Below the pieces are notes generated by a model. The model saw nothing but the letters and a program-made list of their open reading frames with translations. It did not search any database and had not been told where the DNA came from. Below are positions 30,303-38,921 of a DNA stretch of 64,000 nucleotides, one piece after another. Each line of letters begins with the position of its first letter. The first letter of the stretch is position 1. The stretch covers positions 1,668,720-1,732,719 of the forward strand of contig OZ244587.1 in NCBI GenBank assembly GCA_965218095.1. The letters run 5' to 3'. Source of the DNA: Candidatus Poribacteria bacterium (GTDB lineage Bacteria > Poribacteria > WGA-4E > PCPOR2b). Made by a program: the position numbers and the translations under genes.

Positions 30303-31239
30303 TAACCCAAGTTGCGACCTATTCATCGAATATGTGAGTGAACTGAATATGTGAGTGAACTCAGAGCTGATTGATACTGCTAGCCAATACAAACAAGACC
30401 ACTTTCAATTCAAATCCGTGTTGCGTTACTGCATGGATTGAACGTGGAAGCAGTTTGTTAATCAAACTGCCAGCCGTCTCAACAGACTTACGATGGTAAT
30501 TAGCCAAGTAGGTCTCCCATGGTGGATACAGCCGCTTGGAATTCTTCTTGCGTACTGGCTTTAACGACTGATGTAACAATATCTTCTATCTCATAATTAT
30601 TGTATGCTTTGTCACCATAGCCCGGTGGCAAGTCGAAGTCAAACCACTGTAACCCTTCAACGTCCCCTGTACTGGCTGGGGTCACAAAAAATTCAACAGG
30701 GTGTCGACTCGCAGTCACTAGCAGATGAACTTTCAAGCCATAGAAATACCGACGTTTGGACGCTTGATAGCCTCGATATGCCTTATCGGTATAGATTTTT
30801 GACCGACGAATGCGGAACAAACAGCAATTGGTATGGTATCCAGTGCATAGATTTTCTGTTGATTAAGTTGCACATAGCTTCGTCCCAAGATTTTGAACAA
30901 TGTGGTGAACATCGGTTTAATTCGATGAAGTCGTCGGTTTAATCGACTTTTTGAAAGCATCTTGGGTATATAGCCATGAGTCTTTAGAAAGTCACAAGTG
31001 GTTTGCAAGTTTGCCCCGAAGAACAACGCAGCGACGATGCCGGTGGTCATCACTTCGGCATCAGACATCTGCGTTTGTGGGTGTGGTTTTGAGTTGAGTG
31101 CTTCTAAGAGCTTGTCACAGAGATAGAAAATGGTTACAATTTGGATGTCCATGGGTTTCTCCTTTGAGGTATTATGGTTTGGATTACCTCTACTTTAACG
31201 GAAAACCCATGGATTTTCAATTACTAGCAACTTGGGTTA
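30303..31239 (-). mobile_element. IS982-family insertion sequence, copy 1 (degenerate)
   Basis: 13-bp perfect terminal inverted repeat TAACCCAAGTTGC...GCAACTTGGGTTA. The transposase is split into three ORFs (30733-31152, 30500-30820 and 30361-30579), with motifs FYGLKVHLLV...TPASTGD...HGFELKVVLFVLASSINQL typical of IS982 transposases. Confidence 0.75.
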
Positions 31240-31297
31240 TTCTAGCAATTTCACCTTTATTTTTCAACCACATTCCCTAAACCTCATCATGAGCACT

Positions 31298-32623
31298 TTA
31301 TCCCAGATCGCGGCGAAGTTCCGCTTCCGATGCCAAGTCCGCGACCGTCCCCGGCGGATGCTTATACCAGCCGGGGTCGTCATAACTGGTGAGATTTTCG
31401 CGGATTTTGACGATGGTAAACATCCCGCCCATCGTAATGTAGTCAAACGGACCGTATGCCCCGACCATGGGAATGCTGTTTTTCGGCACAGCCATGTGCC
31501 CCGATTCGACGTGAATCCCATGTTCACCCATGCCGTGCTCGCCCATCGTCATATACGCAGGCAGAAGTTGGCGGATTTTCTGGTCAATGTTGCCCTTTTT
31601 GATGCCGACCACGTTTAAAAATTCGTGCCCCATCTGGTTCATGACATGATGCGTCATGTGGCAGTGCATCGCCCAATCCCCCGGATCGCTGGCAACGAAC
31701 TCAACATCGCGGGTTGTCCCCACCGGAACGAGAACTGTTGTTTCTGGCCATTGTCCTGAAGTCGGGATTCGCCCACCTTCTGTAGCGGTGATTTTGAAGT
31801 AGTGCCCGTGCAGGTGAATCGGGTGATGGTCCATCGCCGAAAGATTGCCGAAGCGAATCCGCACCCGGTCGCCCAGTTTGGCGACCAGCGGCTCGGTTCC
31901 GGGGTAACACTTCGCGTTCATGGTTAGGATATTGAAATCGTTCATCTCGTTAGGGTTTGGCGTGGACGTCCCCGGATCGATCCGCCACTCGCTTAACATG
32001 ATGGCAAAGTCCCGATCTACTTGGTAATGGGGGTCAGGTTTTCTGGGGTGGAAAACCATCATGCCGAGCATCCCCATCGCCATCTGGGTCATCTCGTCGT
32101 GGTGGGAATGGTACATATACGTGCCTGATTGTCGAATTGTCCACTCGTATTTGAAGGTCTCCCCCGGCTGGATAGCTCGCTGGGTCAACCCACCCACACC
32201 GTCCATCCCATTCGGTAGAAAGACGCCGTGCCAGTGAACAGCGGTTGGTGCCTTGAGCCGGTTGGTCACATAGATGCGGACGCGATCGCCTTCCACGGCT
32301 TCAATGGTCGGTCCGTGCACCTGCTCGTTGTAACCCCAGCACTTCGCTTTCAGACCAGGGGCAAATTCATGCCAGACTTCTTCAGCGATAAGGTGAAAGA
32401 CTTTTACCCCATCAACAATCTTCCACGGTAGCGGTGCACCGTTCGGTGTGACGACCGGCGTGTAGTCTTTATCAGGGATACCCGGGTCCATCGCCGGACG
32501 ATTTGAATTGCCTGCGTAGGATTTCTGCCATTGGGATTGGGCGGCTTCTACACCTCCCGAAGCCCCGAAAGCGAAAGCCCCGCCAACGAGAGCACTCGTT
32601 TTCAAAAGATCCCTTCGGTTCAT
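31298..32623 (-). CDS. copA: multicopper oxidase (CopA/CueO-like) with a Tat signal
   Basis: MNRRDLLKTSALVGGAFAFGA. Copper-binding HWHG and HCHMTHHVMNQM motifs. Confidence 0.85.
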   Translation of the reverse strand: MNRRDLLKTSALVGGAFAFGASGGVEAAQSQWQKSYAGNSNRPAMDPGIPDKDYTPVVTPNGAPLPWKIVDGVKVFHLIAEEVWHEFAPGLKAKCWGYNEQVHGPTIEAVEGDRVRIYVTNRLKAPTAVHWHGVFLPNGMDGVGGLTQRAIQPGETFKYEWTIRQSGTYMYHSHHDEMTQMAMGMLGMMVFHPRKPDPHYQVDRDFAIMLSEWRIDPGTSTPNPNEMNDFNILTMNAKCYPGTEPLVAKLGDRVRIRFGNLSAMDHHPIHLHGHYFKITATEGGRIPTSGQWPETTVLVPVGTTRDVEFVASDPGDWAMHCHMTHHVMNQMGHEFLNVVGIKKGNIDQKIRQLLPAYMTMGEHGMGEHGIHVESGHMAVPKNSIPMVGAYGPFDYITMGGMFTIVKIRENLTSYDDPGWYKHPPGTVADLASEAELRRDLG

Positions 32624-32624
32624 C

Positions 32625-34082
32625 TCAATGTCCTCCTTCCTGGTTTGTCAATGACAGTTCAGCCATGCGGTGAAGCCGGTAGGGTCGAAAAGTGAATCCC
32701 ACTAGCCGACCGTTGAGAATCTGTTCCAGTTCCGCTCGTGCGACATGATAATTGTAGAGCGACTGGATATATTCCCGACCGGCGTCAATCTCGCGCTGTT
32801 TTGCGAGTAACAGGCGTAACGCACCGACCTGCATTGCATTGTACTGTAGTTGGACCTGTTCGAGAATCTTCTCTTGGAGTGGAAGTATTTCATTCTGATA
32901 AGACAGTGCGGTCTGTCGAGCGGTCAATAGGCGACGTCGCGCGGCGCGAACCGCGGAGCGGATCTCAACCGCCAGTGCGTGGTATTCACCCTGCTGTCGG
33001 CGTAACTCTGCCGCTGCCGCCGCTCGCTGCCCCTGATTTCGATCGAAAAGTGGAATCTCAAACCCCAGTGCGGGTCCCGCTGCCCACGCTCCTGCTTCCT
33101 GCTCAATCTCCCCACCGATTTCCAAATTCGGCACGAGAGACATCGCTTTTGCCACGCCGAGTTGTTTCCCGATGGAAACGATGCCCCGCCGTGCAATGGC
33201 AAGGTTGATGCTGTTTTCAATCGCCCGCTTTTCGAGGTTGTCGAGTCCTATTGCTTCAGCAGGAATGTCGCGGAGTCGAGATTCGACTCTCCACGCCGTA
33301 TCCTCTCCCCACAACCCCATCAAAGCGTTGAGTTGCTCACGGTTTTCAGCAAGCGTGACCTCCGCAGCAGCGAGTTCTAACTTCGATCGCTCATAGGACG
33401 TTTTTTGAAGCAGTAGGTCTAGCTCCGGGACATTCCCCGCTTCGACAAGCTGTTGGGCGAACTCGTAACCCGCCTGCGTTGCCAAGACGATCTGCTGGAA
33501 CATTTCCAACATCTGCTCATCAGCTTGAACGCGGTAGAATGCCATTCGCGTTTCCCCTGCCAAATCCACCACGGCAGCCGTCATGCGCAGTTTCGCTGCC
33601 TCGAACTGGGATTTCGCTACCGATTTGCGCATCGGCGCGTACAGCATGGAGAGGAAATCCATTTCGACTTCAAAGGTGTACGTGCTGTTGTCACGGAGTT
33701 TGTCCACCATCTCCTCGTCGGAATCAGAGGGGCCGAAGGTCGTTGCGCCGTGAAAAACCGGATTCGAGAACAAGCCAGCGTCAACAATGGCAGCGTGGGC
33801 AATCCCCAATTCCTCATAGGTCGCTTGCAGACGATGGTTATTCAACAGCGCAATTTGAACGGCAGCATCGACGGTCAGCGGCTTATCCAACAATTCTCTA
33901 ATTGCCTGAGCCGCTTCATCATCCGCAGCCGTGTCCGCATTCCAGTGAATACGGTAGCCAATACGGTCATCCACCTGCCGCTGGACTTCGCTGAAACCCG
34001 TTTTTTTCGACACACCGGCGCAACCGATCAGGACGAATGACGCCGCGAAGAACAACACGGCGCATCTCATTTTTTCGTTCAT
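32625..34082 (-). CDS. TolC/CusC-like outer-membrane efflux protein
   Basis: 485 aa. Lipoprotein-like N-terminus LIGCAG. Two OEP repeat halves. GAGGAG RBS. Confidence 0.75.
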   Translation of the reverse strand: MNEKMRCAVLFFAASFVLIGCAGVSKKTGFSEVQRQVDDRIGYRIHWNADTAADDEAAQAIRELLDKPLTVDAAVQIALLNNHRLQATYEELGIAHAAIVDAGLFSNPVFHGATTFGPSDSDEEMVDKLRDNSTYTFEVEMDFLSMLYAPMRKSVAKSQFEAAKLRMTAAVVDLAGETRMAFYRVQADEQMLEMFQQIVLATQAGYEFAQQLVEAGNVPELDLLLQKTSYERSKLELAAAEVTLAENREQLNALMGLWGEDTAWRVESRLRDIPAEAIGLDNLEKRAIENSINLAIARRGIVSIGKQLGVAKAMSLVPNLEIGGEIEQEAGAWAAGPALGFEIPLFDRNQGQRAAAAAELRRQQGEYHALAVEIRSAVRAARRRLLTARQTALSYQNEILPLQEKILEQVQLQYNAMQVGALRLLLAKQREIDAGREYIQSLYNYHVARAELEQILNGRLVGFTFRPYRLHRMAELSLTNQEGGH

Positions 34083-34103
34083 CTAGTAAACTCCTCGTCT
34101 GTT

Positions 34104-34985
34104 TTAATAGTTATGTTCGTGTGCATCGTGTCCATGAGGGTCTTCCGATTCATCCTCGTGATGCTCCATCTCCTCGTGCTCCTGTGTTTTGTGCATGTCA
34201 TGATGGTGATGCTCGTGTCCACCTTTTTCCTGCTTATGCTCGTGAGACTTCATGTCCTCGTGTCCAGACATATCGGTGCTTGAGACGGGCATCTGCATTT
34301 TCGCGCTGTGGCACTTGAGCATCGCGCTTCCGAAATACGGGTTGCGGACGTCCTCGCCGACTTGCAGCCAGATACCCCCTTGCGGGACATCGGACGCCAT
34401 ACCGCACACGTAGCTGTAGACCGGACTCTCGTAACTTGCTGGCACACTGACAGCGGCAACGAAGTGATTGAGGACATCGCTCAACGAACCGTAGGCGACA
34501 CGCGCAGCTTTGATGTCCGAGAGATCGCCGACTTCATGTCCATGGTCATGGATGGCCTCGGTATGGGCTTCGTAAGAATGCCACAACTCGGCGGGCACTT
34601 CGTGTTCAAGCGTATGGAGGGCTTCGAGCATCGCGTGCGCCTGCGCGTTGACATCTTCCATCGTGTCGGAAGCGAGTTGGTCGCCGATGACGAAATAGGC
34701 GTCTAGCATCATCGCCAGCGCTTCTTCGCCTTCCTCCGACAACGACGCAGCCCTGTGATGCGCTGCGACGCCTTCTTCAGTCATCGCCATCTCTTCCTTT
34801 AGCGTGTCTGGTGGAATTCCAAAGACAGTCTGCGGCGCACCAGGATGCGCCGGATGGTCCTGTGGAGTAGCAACTTCGACTGTTTTGCCGCCGCATCCAA
34901 CGACAAGCGACGATACAATGATGAGTCCAAGGATAAGTGTAGATACGGTTCGTTTATGGAAGTTGAAAACCCTGGATAACATGAG
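34104..34985 (-). CDS. His-rich periplasmic/lipo-protein (DUF3347-like heavy-metal-binding)
   Basis: LVVGCGG lipobox. C-terminal run GGHEHHHHDMHKTQEHEEMEHHEDESEDPHGHDAHEH. Confidence 0.5.
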   Translation of the reverse strand, partial: LMLSRVFNFHKRTVSTLILGLIIVSSLVVGCGGKTVEVATPQDHPAHPGAPQTVFGIPPDTLKEEMAMTEEGVAAHHRAASLSEEGEEALAMMLDAYFVIGDQLASDTMEDVNAQAHAMLEALHTLEHEVPAELWHSYEAHTEAIHDHGHEVGDLSDIKAARVAYGSLSDVLNHFVAAVSVPASYESPVYSYVCGMASDVPQGGIWLQVGEDVRNPYFGSAMLKCHSAKMQMPVSSTDMSGHEDMKSHEHKQEKGGHEHHHHDMHKTQEHEEMEHHEDESEDPHGHDAHEHNY

Positions 34986-35113
34986 CATAGCCTCCGTTTT
35001 GGGTAAAAAATGATCAAAGATAGGTTTTGGGCGTTTCAACATAGACGCGCAGAAACGCCGATCGATCAATAGATTTTGAGTCTTTCAGATTTGGGAAAGC
35101 GTGGAGGAGAAAA

Positions 35114-35581
35114 TCAGGTGAAAGGAAACGGAGGGGCGCGGGGGGAAATCTGCTGAGTAGGAGAATCTTTGTAGGGTTTGTAGGCGAATTGAAGATAGGA
35201 AGTGAAAGAAACGGAGTCGGAAGAAATCTTAGGAATTGCAGGGATTAGCGCAACAAATGAGAACTTGCCTTTTTGTATTTGTGAGACGAGCTGAGGTTCG
35301 CTGGCTCCGAGCAATTCCCACCGGTTTAAGCAACAATTGTCGTCTCCATCGTTTTGGCTTTCGTGGGGGCGGGCTGGTTGATTTTCAGCATGACAGCAAG
35401 TTGGATTGTCTGTTTCAGCGGTGGTTTGTGACAAGGTCAGAGACTGCCGATAGATCGAGGCTTTATCGGATTCGGCGTCTCCACAGTCTGCTTCTCGGAG
35501 TGCTGGACATAGCACCGGGCAAAGAAAATAAACTGAAGATATCGAGAGTAAAACCAGCGCGTAAACGTCCTTGAATTTCAT
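35114..35581 (-). CDS. secreted Cys-rich hypothetical protein in the copper islet
   Basis: Signal peptide. CGDAE, CCHAE and CCLNRW motifs. GGGAGG RBS. Confidence 0.35.
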   Translation of the reverse strand: MKFKDVYALVLLSISSVYFLCPVLCPALREADCGDAESDKASIYRQSLTLSQTTAETDNPTCCHAENQPARPHESQNDGDDNCCLNRWELLGASEPQLVSQIQKGKFSFVALIPAIPKISSDSVSFTSYLQFAYKPYKDSPTQQISPRAPPFPFT

Positions 35582-35876
35582 CAAATTACCGCCTCCCATG
35601 CAATAATACTTCTACGCAATAATAATAATTATACCCGGCTTTGCGTATGGAAGTCAAATTTTTCGCCAGGGGCATTTAATTCTCGGCTTTGACCTCTCCC
35701 CCGGCCCCTCCCCCCGATTTCTCGGGCAGAGGGGAGCAAAGGCCTCCCGAAAACACCGTCTGGCGCGAGATTTGTCTTCCCTTCTTTGCAGCGGAGAGGG
35801 GGTGAGGAGATGAGGTTCGGAGAATTAAACGACCCTAAATTTTCGCTCAGAAAAAACTTCCAAACTCTTGCAGAGA

Positions 35877-36173
35877 CTAACCCATAACCGCCTCTTCCTG
35901 TTCAACCGCAATCGAGAACCACCTATACAGCGCCGGAATCACTAACAACGTCAAAATGGTTGATGTGACCAAACCACCGATCACCACCGTTGCCAAAGGA
36001 CGTTGTACCTCGCTGCCAGTACCATGGGACAAGACAATGGGGACGAGCCTAAGCCCAGCCGCGGATGCTGTTATCAGCACGGGACGTAGCCTCAAGCAGG
36101 CGCTGCGAATACATGCGTCGGTCATGGGAATTCCCTCCTGTAGGAGCTGGTTGAGGCAGGTCACCAAAACCAT
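35877..36173 (-). pseudogene. C-terminal remnant of an RND heavy-metal efflux pump (CusA/CzcA family)
   Basis: Only the final 98 aa are present (...RPLATVVIGGLVTSTILTLLVIPALYRWF), against about 1040 aa for a complete pump. Confidence 0.65.
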
Positions 36174-36285
36174 GCCATTGGCGAGAGCAATCCCGAAGAG
36201 CGCAATGAAGCCTATCGATGCCGGGACAGACAGGTTTTGCCAACTCTTTGAGAGACCCGGAAGCTAAGATAAATCGTTTGATGAA

Positions 36286-36736
36286 GTGAAGATCTCCTTC
36301 GCTCAACGCAGACAGCCACTTCGGGATTTGCGCTTCGCTTACAACCGGGGAGATTGTTTCGGAGGAGTTCGATTTCACAGTAACACCCAACGCCCTTGCA
36401 AACGCAGTTCTGCCAGTAAGGCTTGATGGGGTTGGCACGCCGAAGCAGACCCTTCTGTTGCAGAACTATCTCAACCCGTTCAACCCTGAAACGTGGATTC
36501 CGTATCACCTTTCGGAAGCTGCTCCTGTAACCCTATCAATTTACGACACGACCGGACAACGGATACGGACGCTTTCGCTTGGATTCCAGTTAGCAGGCTT
36601 CTATCAAAGCCGTCCACGCGCTGCCTATTGGGATGGGTGCAACGACTTGGGTGAACGGGTTTCAAGCGGGGTCTATTTTTACCAATTGTCCACCCCATCT
36701 TTCTATCGGATGAAGCGGATGGTTATTGTGAAGTAG
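36286..36736 (+). pseudogene. orphan T9SS C-terminal sorting domain with linker, lacking a start codon and a protein body
   Basis: ...FDFTVTPNALANAVLPVRLDGVGTPKQTLLLQNYLNPFNPETWIPYHL...YFYQLSTPSFYRMKRMVIVK. The open frame begins right after a TGA at about 36283. Confidence 0.65.
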
Positions 36737-36784
36737 CCTTGGGTTGGTTGTTGCAACAATCGTCAATTGAAAGGCGGAATGACA

Positions 36785-37198
36785 CTACCAAGTACGAGTG
36801 AAACTTAACCTTCCGGTCAGCCCGGTTTGCTCTTCCGCTTTTTTGGTGTCATACCCAACAAGTATGCCGAGAGTGTTATTTTCGCCGTAGCCGATGTTGA
36901 TTCGCGGACCGACTACGAGACTGAAACTGTCACCCTTAACAGCGGGGATGGAAACACCAAGGTCAAACTCTCCGATGGTATCGTTGATGTAAATATTAGA
37001 ATCGAGCGAGATGCCGCCAACGGAATGGGTTGCCCCGATTAGGAAATGCGTTCCTAAGGTATCGGTATCGACGCGGAACCAGCCGGGAATGCGGGTTTTT
37101 TCGGCTGCCGCTTCACTTTCATCGCTCTCTGCCCAGACTGAACTACTCCCAACGGTCACGATACAAACGATTATCAAAACATGGGTGAATCTATACAT
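36785..37198 (-). CDS. small secreted hypothetical protein (beta-rich)
   Basis: 137 aa with a signal peptide. No recognised domain. Confidence 0.4.
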   Translation of the reverse strand: MYRFTHVLIIVCIVTVGSSSVWAESDESEAAAEKTRIPGWFRVDTDTLGTHFLIGATHSVGGISLDSNIYINDTIGEFDLGVSIPAVKGDSFSLVVGPRINIGYGENNTLGILVGYDTKKAEEQTGLTGRLSFTRTW

Positions 37199-37323
37199 TT
37201 TGCTTTATATCCTTTCTTGTAATAGACTAGGATTATGCCTTTAGAACCTCAATACCGTAGGCGGAGTATTCTTGCCCCGCTCCTCAATTATACCCTTGGC
37301 AGCCGATTTTTGAAATTAAAAAA

Positions 37324-37353
37324 TTTGTCAAAGTCAATCCGCTTGTGCTACAA
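37324..37353 (+). promoter_or_regulatory. sigma70-like promoter TTGTCA-18nt-TACAAT (copy 1 of a duplicated 35-bp promoter cassette)
   Basis: aaaaatttgtcaaagtcaatccgcttgtgctacaat. Identical over 35 bp to 43198-43232. Confidence 0.5.
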
Positions 37354-37374
37354 TAACCCAAATTGCTACCTAAA

Positions 37375-38486
37375 CTGAGGGGTGTGCATAGTAGTTCATT
37401 GGAAAACAGCCGCCATATGAGAGATATTGCGAGCAGGTAACTTCCATATGGCATTGGCAATCATAGCCACTTGCACTGATAACACCCCGATAGCTAAACA
37501 ACAGCGTACATTGAAAAACCCCTTGACCGGTAACTGCTTCTGTTGAGGAGTGGTGCCTATCACTTTAGCAATCAAGTCAAACAACGGTTCAACCGAACTG
37601 CGACGTTTGCTTAAACAGAGACGCTGCTTGGGTTGGTTGATAAATCGATGATACGCCTTGGCAAACCGTCCCTTTGTCCATCTAAGTGCCGGGGTAATCA
37701 AAGCGACTTGTGCCTTCGCCCAACGACGGATACGGTCTGCTTGGGTATAGGCATCATCGGCAGTGAGTGTCTGCGGTGAAAGTTGTGTCAGAATCTCAGA
37801 CGCTTTAGCATCTATCGCCCAACTTTCGGAGACCGACGCACGGTGCACAGTTATCAGTGTTGGGAACGCACCTTGTGTGCAGATAATGTGAAGTCCGTAG
37901 CCATAGACCCAGCCATGATAACCACTCTTGCTCCACGTGGCATCGGTGTCGAGGTTGCGTAGATGTTTAGGTGCTTTTCCTGCTTTGCGGTCAGTTTGAT
38001 GCCAGACGGGTCCTCGTGCCTTAAATAAACTTTTGTCGGCTACCAGATGAGCCAAGTTGAATTGTTGGGACAAGTCAGTGGCATACTGACCGATAAACAA
38101 TACAAATGCCTCTATCACTTCATATAATGCCTTATAGCGACGTGCAATCGTGGTTCGATGAGGGGGCTGTTGCCACCCCAGCATTTGTAACACTTCTGGG
38201 TGATTGATTAGCCACCGCCATTGCGTTTTGAAGCCATAGATGCCGTGAAACTGCATCAACATGAAGAAAATGATAAACGAGGTGGTTGAATATGTCAATG
38301 GTTTTGCGTGTGTGACACCTGGTTTGTCAATACGGTGTTGCATAAACTGCTCAAAGAGTTGCATAATAAGAGTGACATAATCAGCCAACATTGGTCTTTG
38401 TACCATATTGGGGCTCCTTTTGCTATGATAACAATAGGAAACCCTTTTGGCTTGATTATGTCAACTATATTTATGCACACCCCTCA
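37375..38486 (-). mobile_element. IS4/IS5-superfamily (DDE_Tnp_1) insertion sequence, 1112 bp
   Basis: 15-bp terminal inverted repeat TGAGGGGTGTGCATA / TATGCACACCCCTCA. A 7-bp direct repeat CCTAAAC at 37368-74 and 38487-93. One 336-aa transposase ORF at 37396-38406. Confidence 0.75.
37396..38406 (-). CDS. DDE transposase (IS4/IS5 superfamily)
   Basis: 336 aa occupying the body of the IS element. Confidence 0.7.
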   Translation of the reverse strand: MVQRPMLADYVTLIMQLFEQFMQHRIDKPGVTHAKPLTYSTTSFIIFFMLMQFHGIYGFKTQWRWLINHPEVLQMLGWQQPPHRTTIARRYKALYEVIEAFVLFIGQYATDLSQQFNLAHLVADKSLFKARGPVWHQTDRKAGKAPKHLRNLDTDATWSKSGYHGWVYGYGLHIICTQGAFPTLITVHRASVSESWAIDAKASEILTQLSPQTLTADDAYTQADRIRRWAKAQVALITPALRWTKGRFAKAYHRFINQPKQRLCLSKRRSSVEPLFDLIAKVIGTTPQQKQLPVKGFFNVRCCLAIGVLSVQVAMIANAIWKLPARNISHMAAVFQ

Positions 38487-38921
38487 CCTAAACTGGAAAA
38501 AACATTATTTGTGCAGAACGTTCAGTGTAGGTTAGGTTGAACGGTTAAAAGCGAATCCCTATCAAGGACAAATAGAGGTGCTGCCTTTCAACAACACGGT
38601 CTTATAGTGAAACCCAACCTCTCCATCCAACCGACGCGCTGATTATCAAGTGTTGGGTTTCACTCTATTTGTGAGATTTCAAGCAGAATCGAATCCCGCA
38701 ATCCAAGTGTAATGTTTGGTATTTTTCATTGGTTCCGTTCAACCCAACCTACGTGCTATAGACATATCGCTCCATATGACCCGGCACGCTGCGCCGCCCA
38801 TTGCTGGGTCATTGCGAAAGGTTGAGCACCTCGACTTTAACGAAAAACCGATGAATTTTCAATAGGCAGCAACTTAGATTATCATATACCCATTTGGGTA
38901 TCAAATTGAACGGAGAACGTT

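Noticed and set aside
35600-35876. G/C-rich low-complexity segment (cccctcccccc...ggagagggggtgaggag) as a possible G-quadruplex or riboswitch
   Set aside because: No conserved structure recognised. It lies between a gene start and a pump remnant, so it most likely marks deletion or recombination scars. Too speculative to call.
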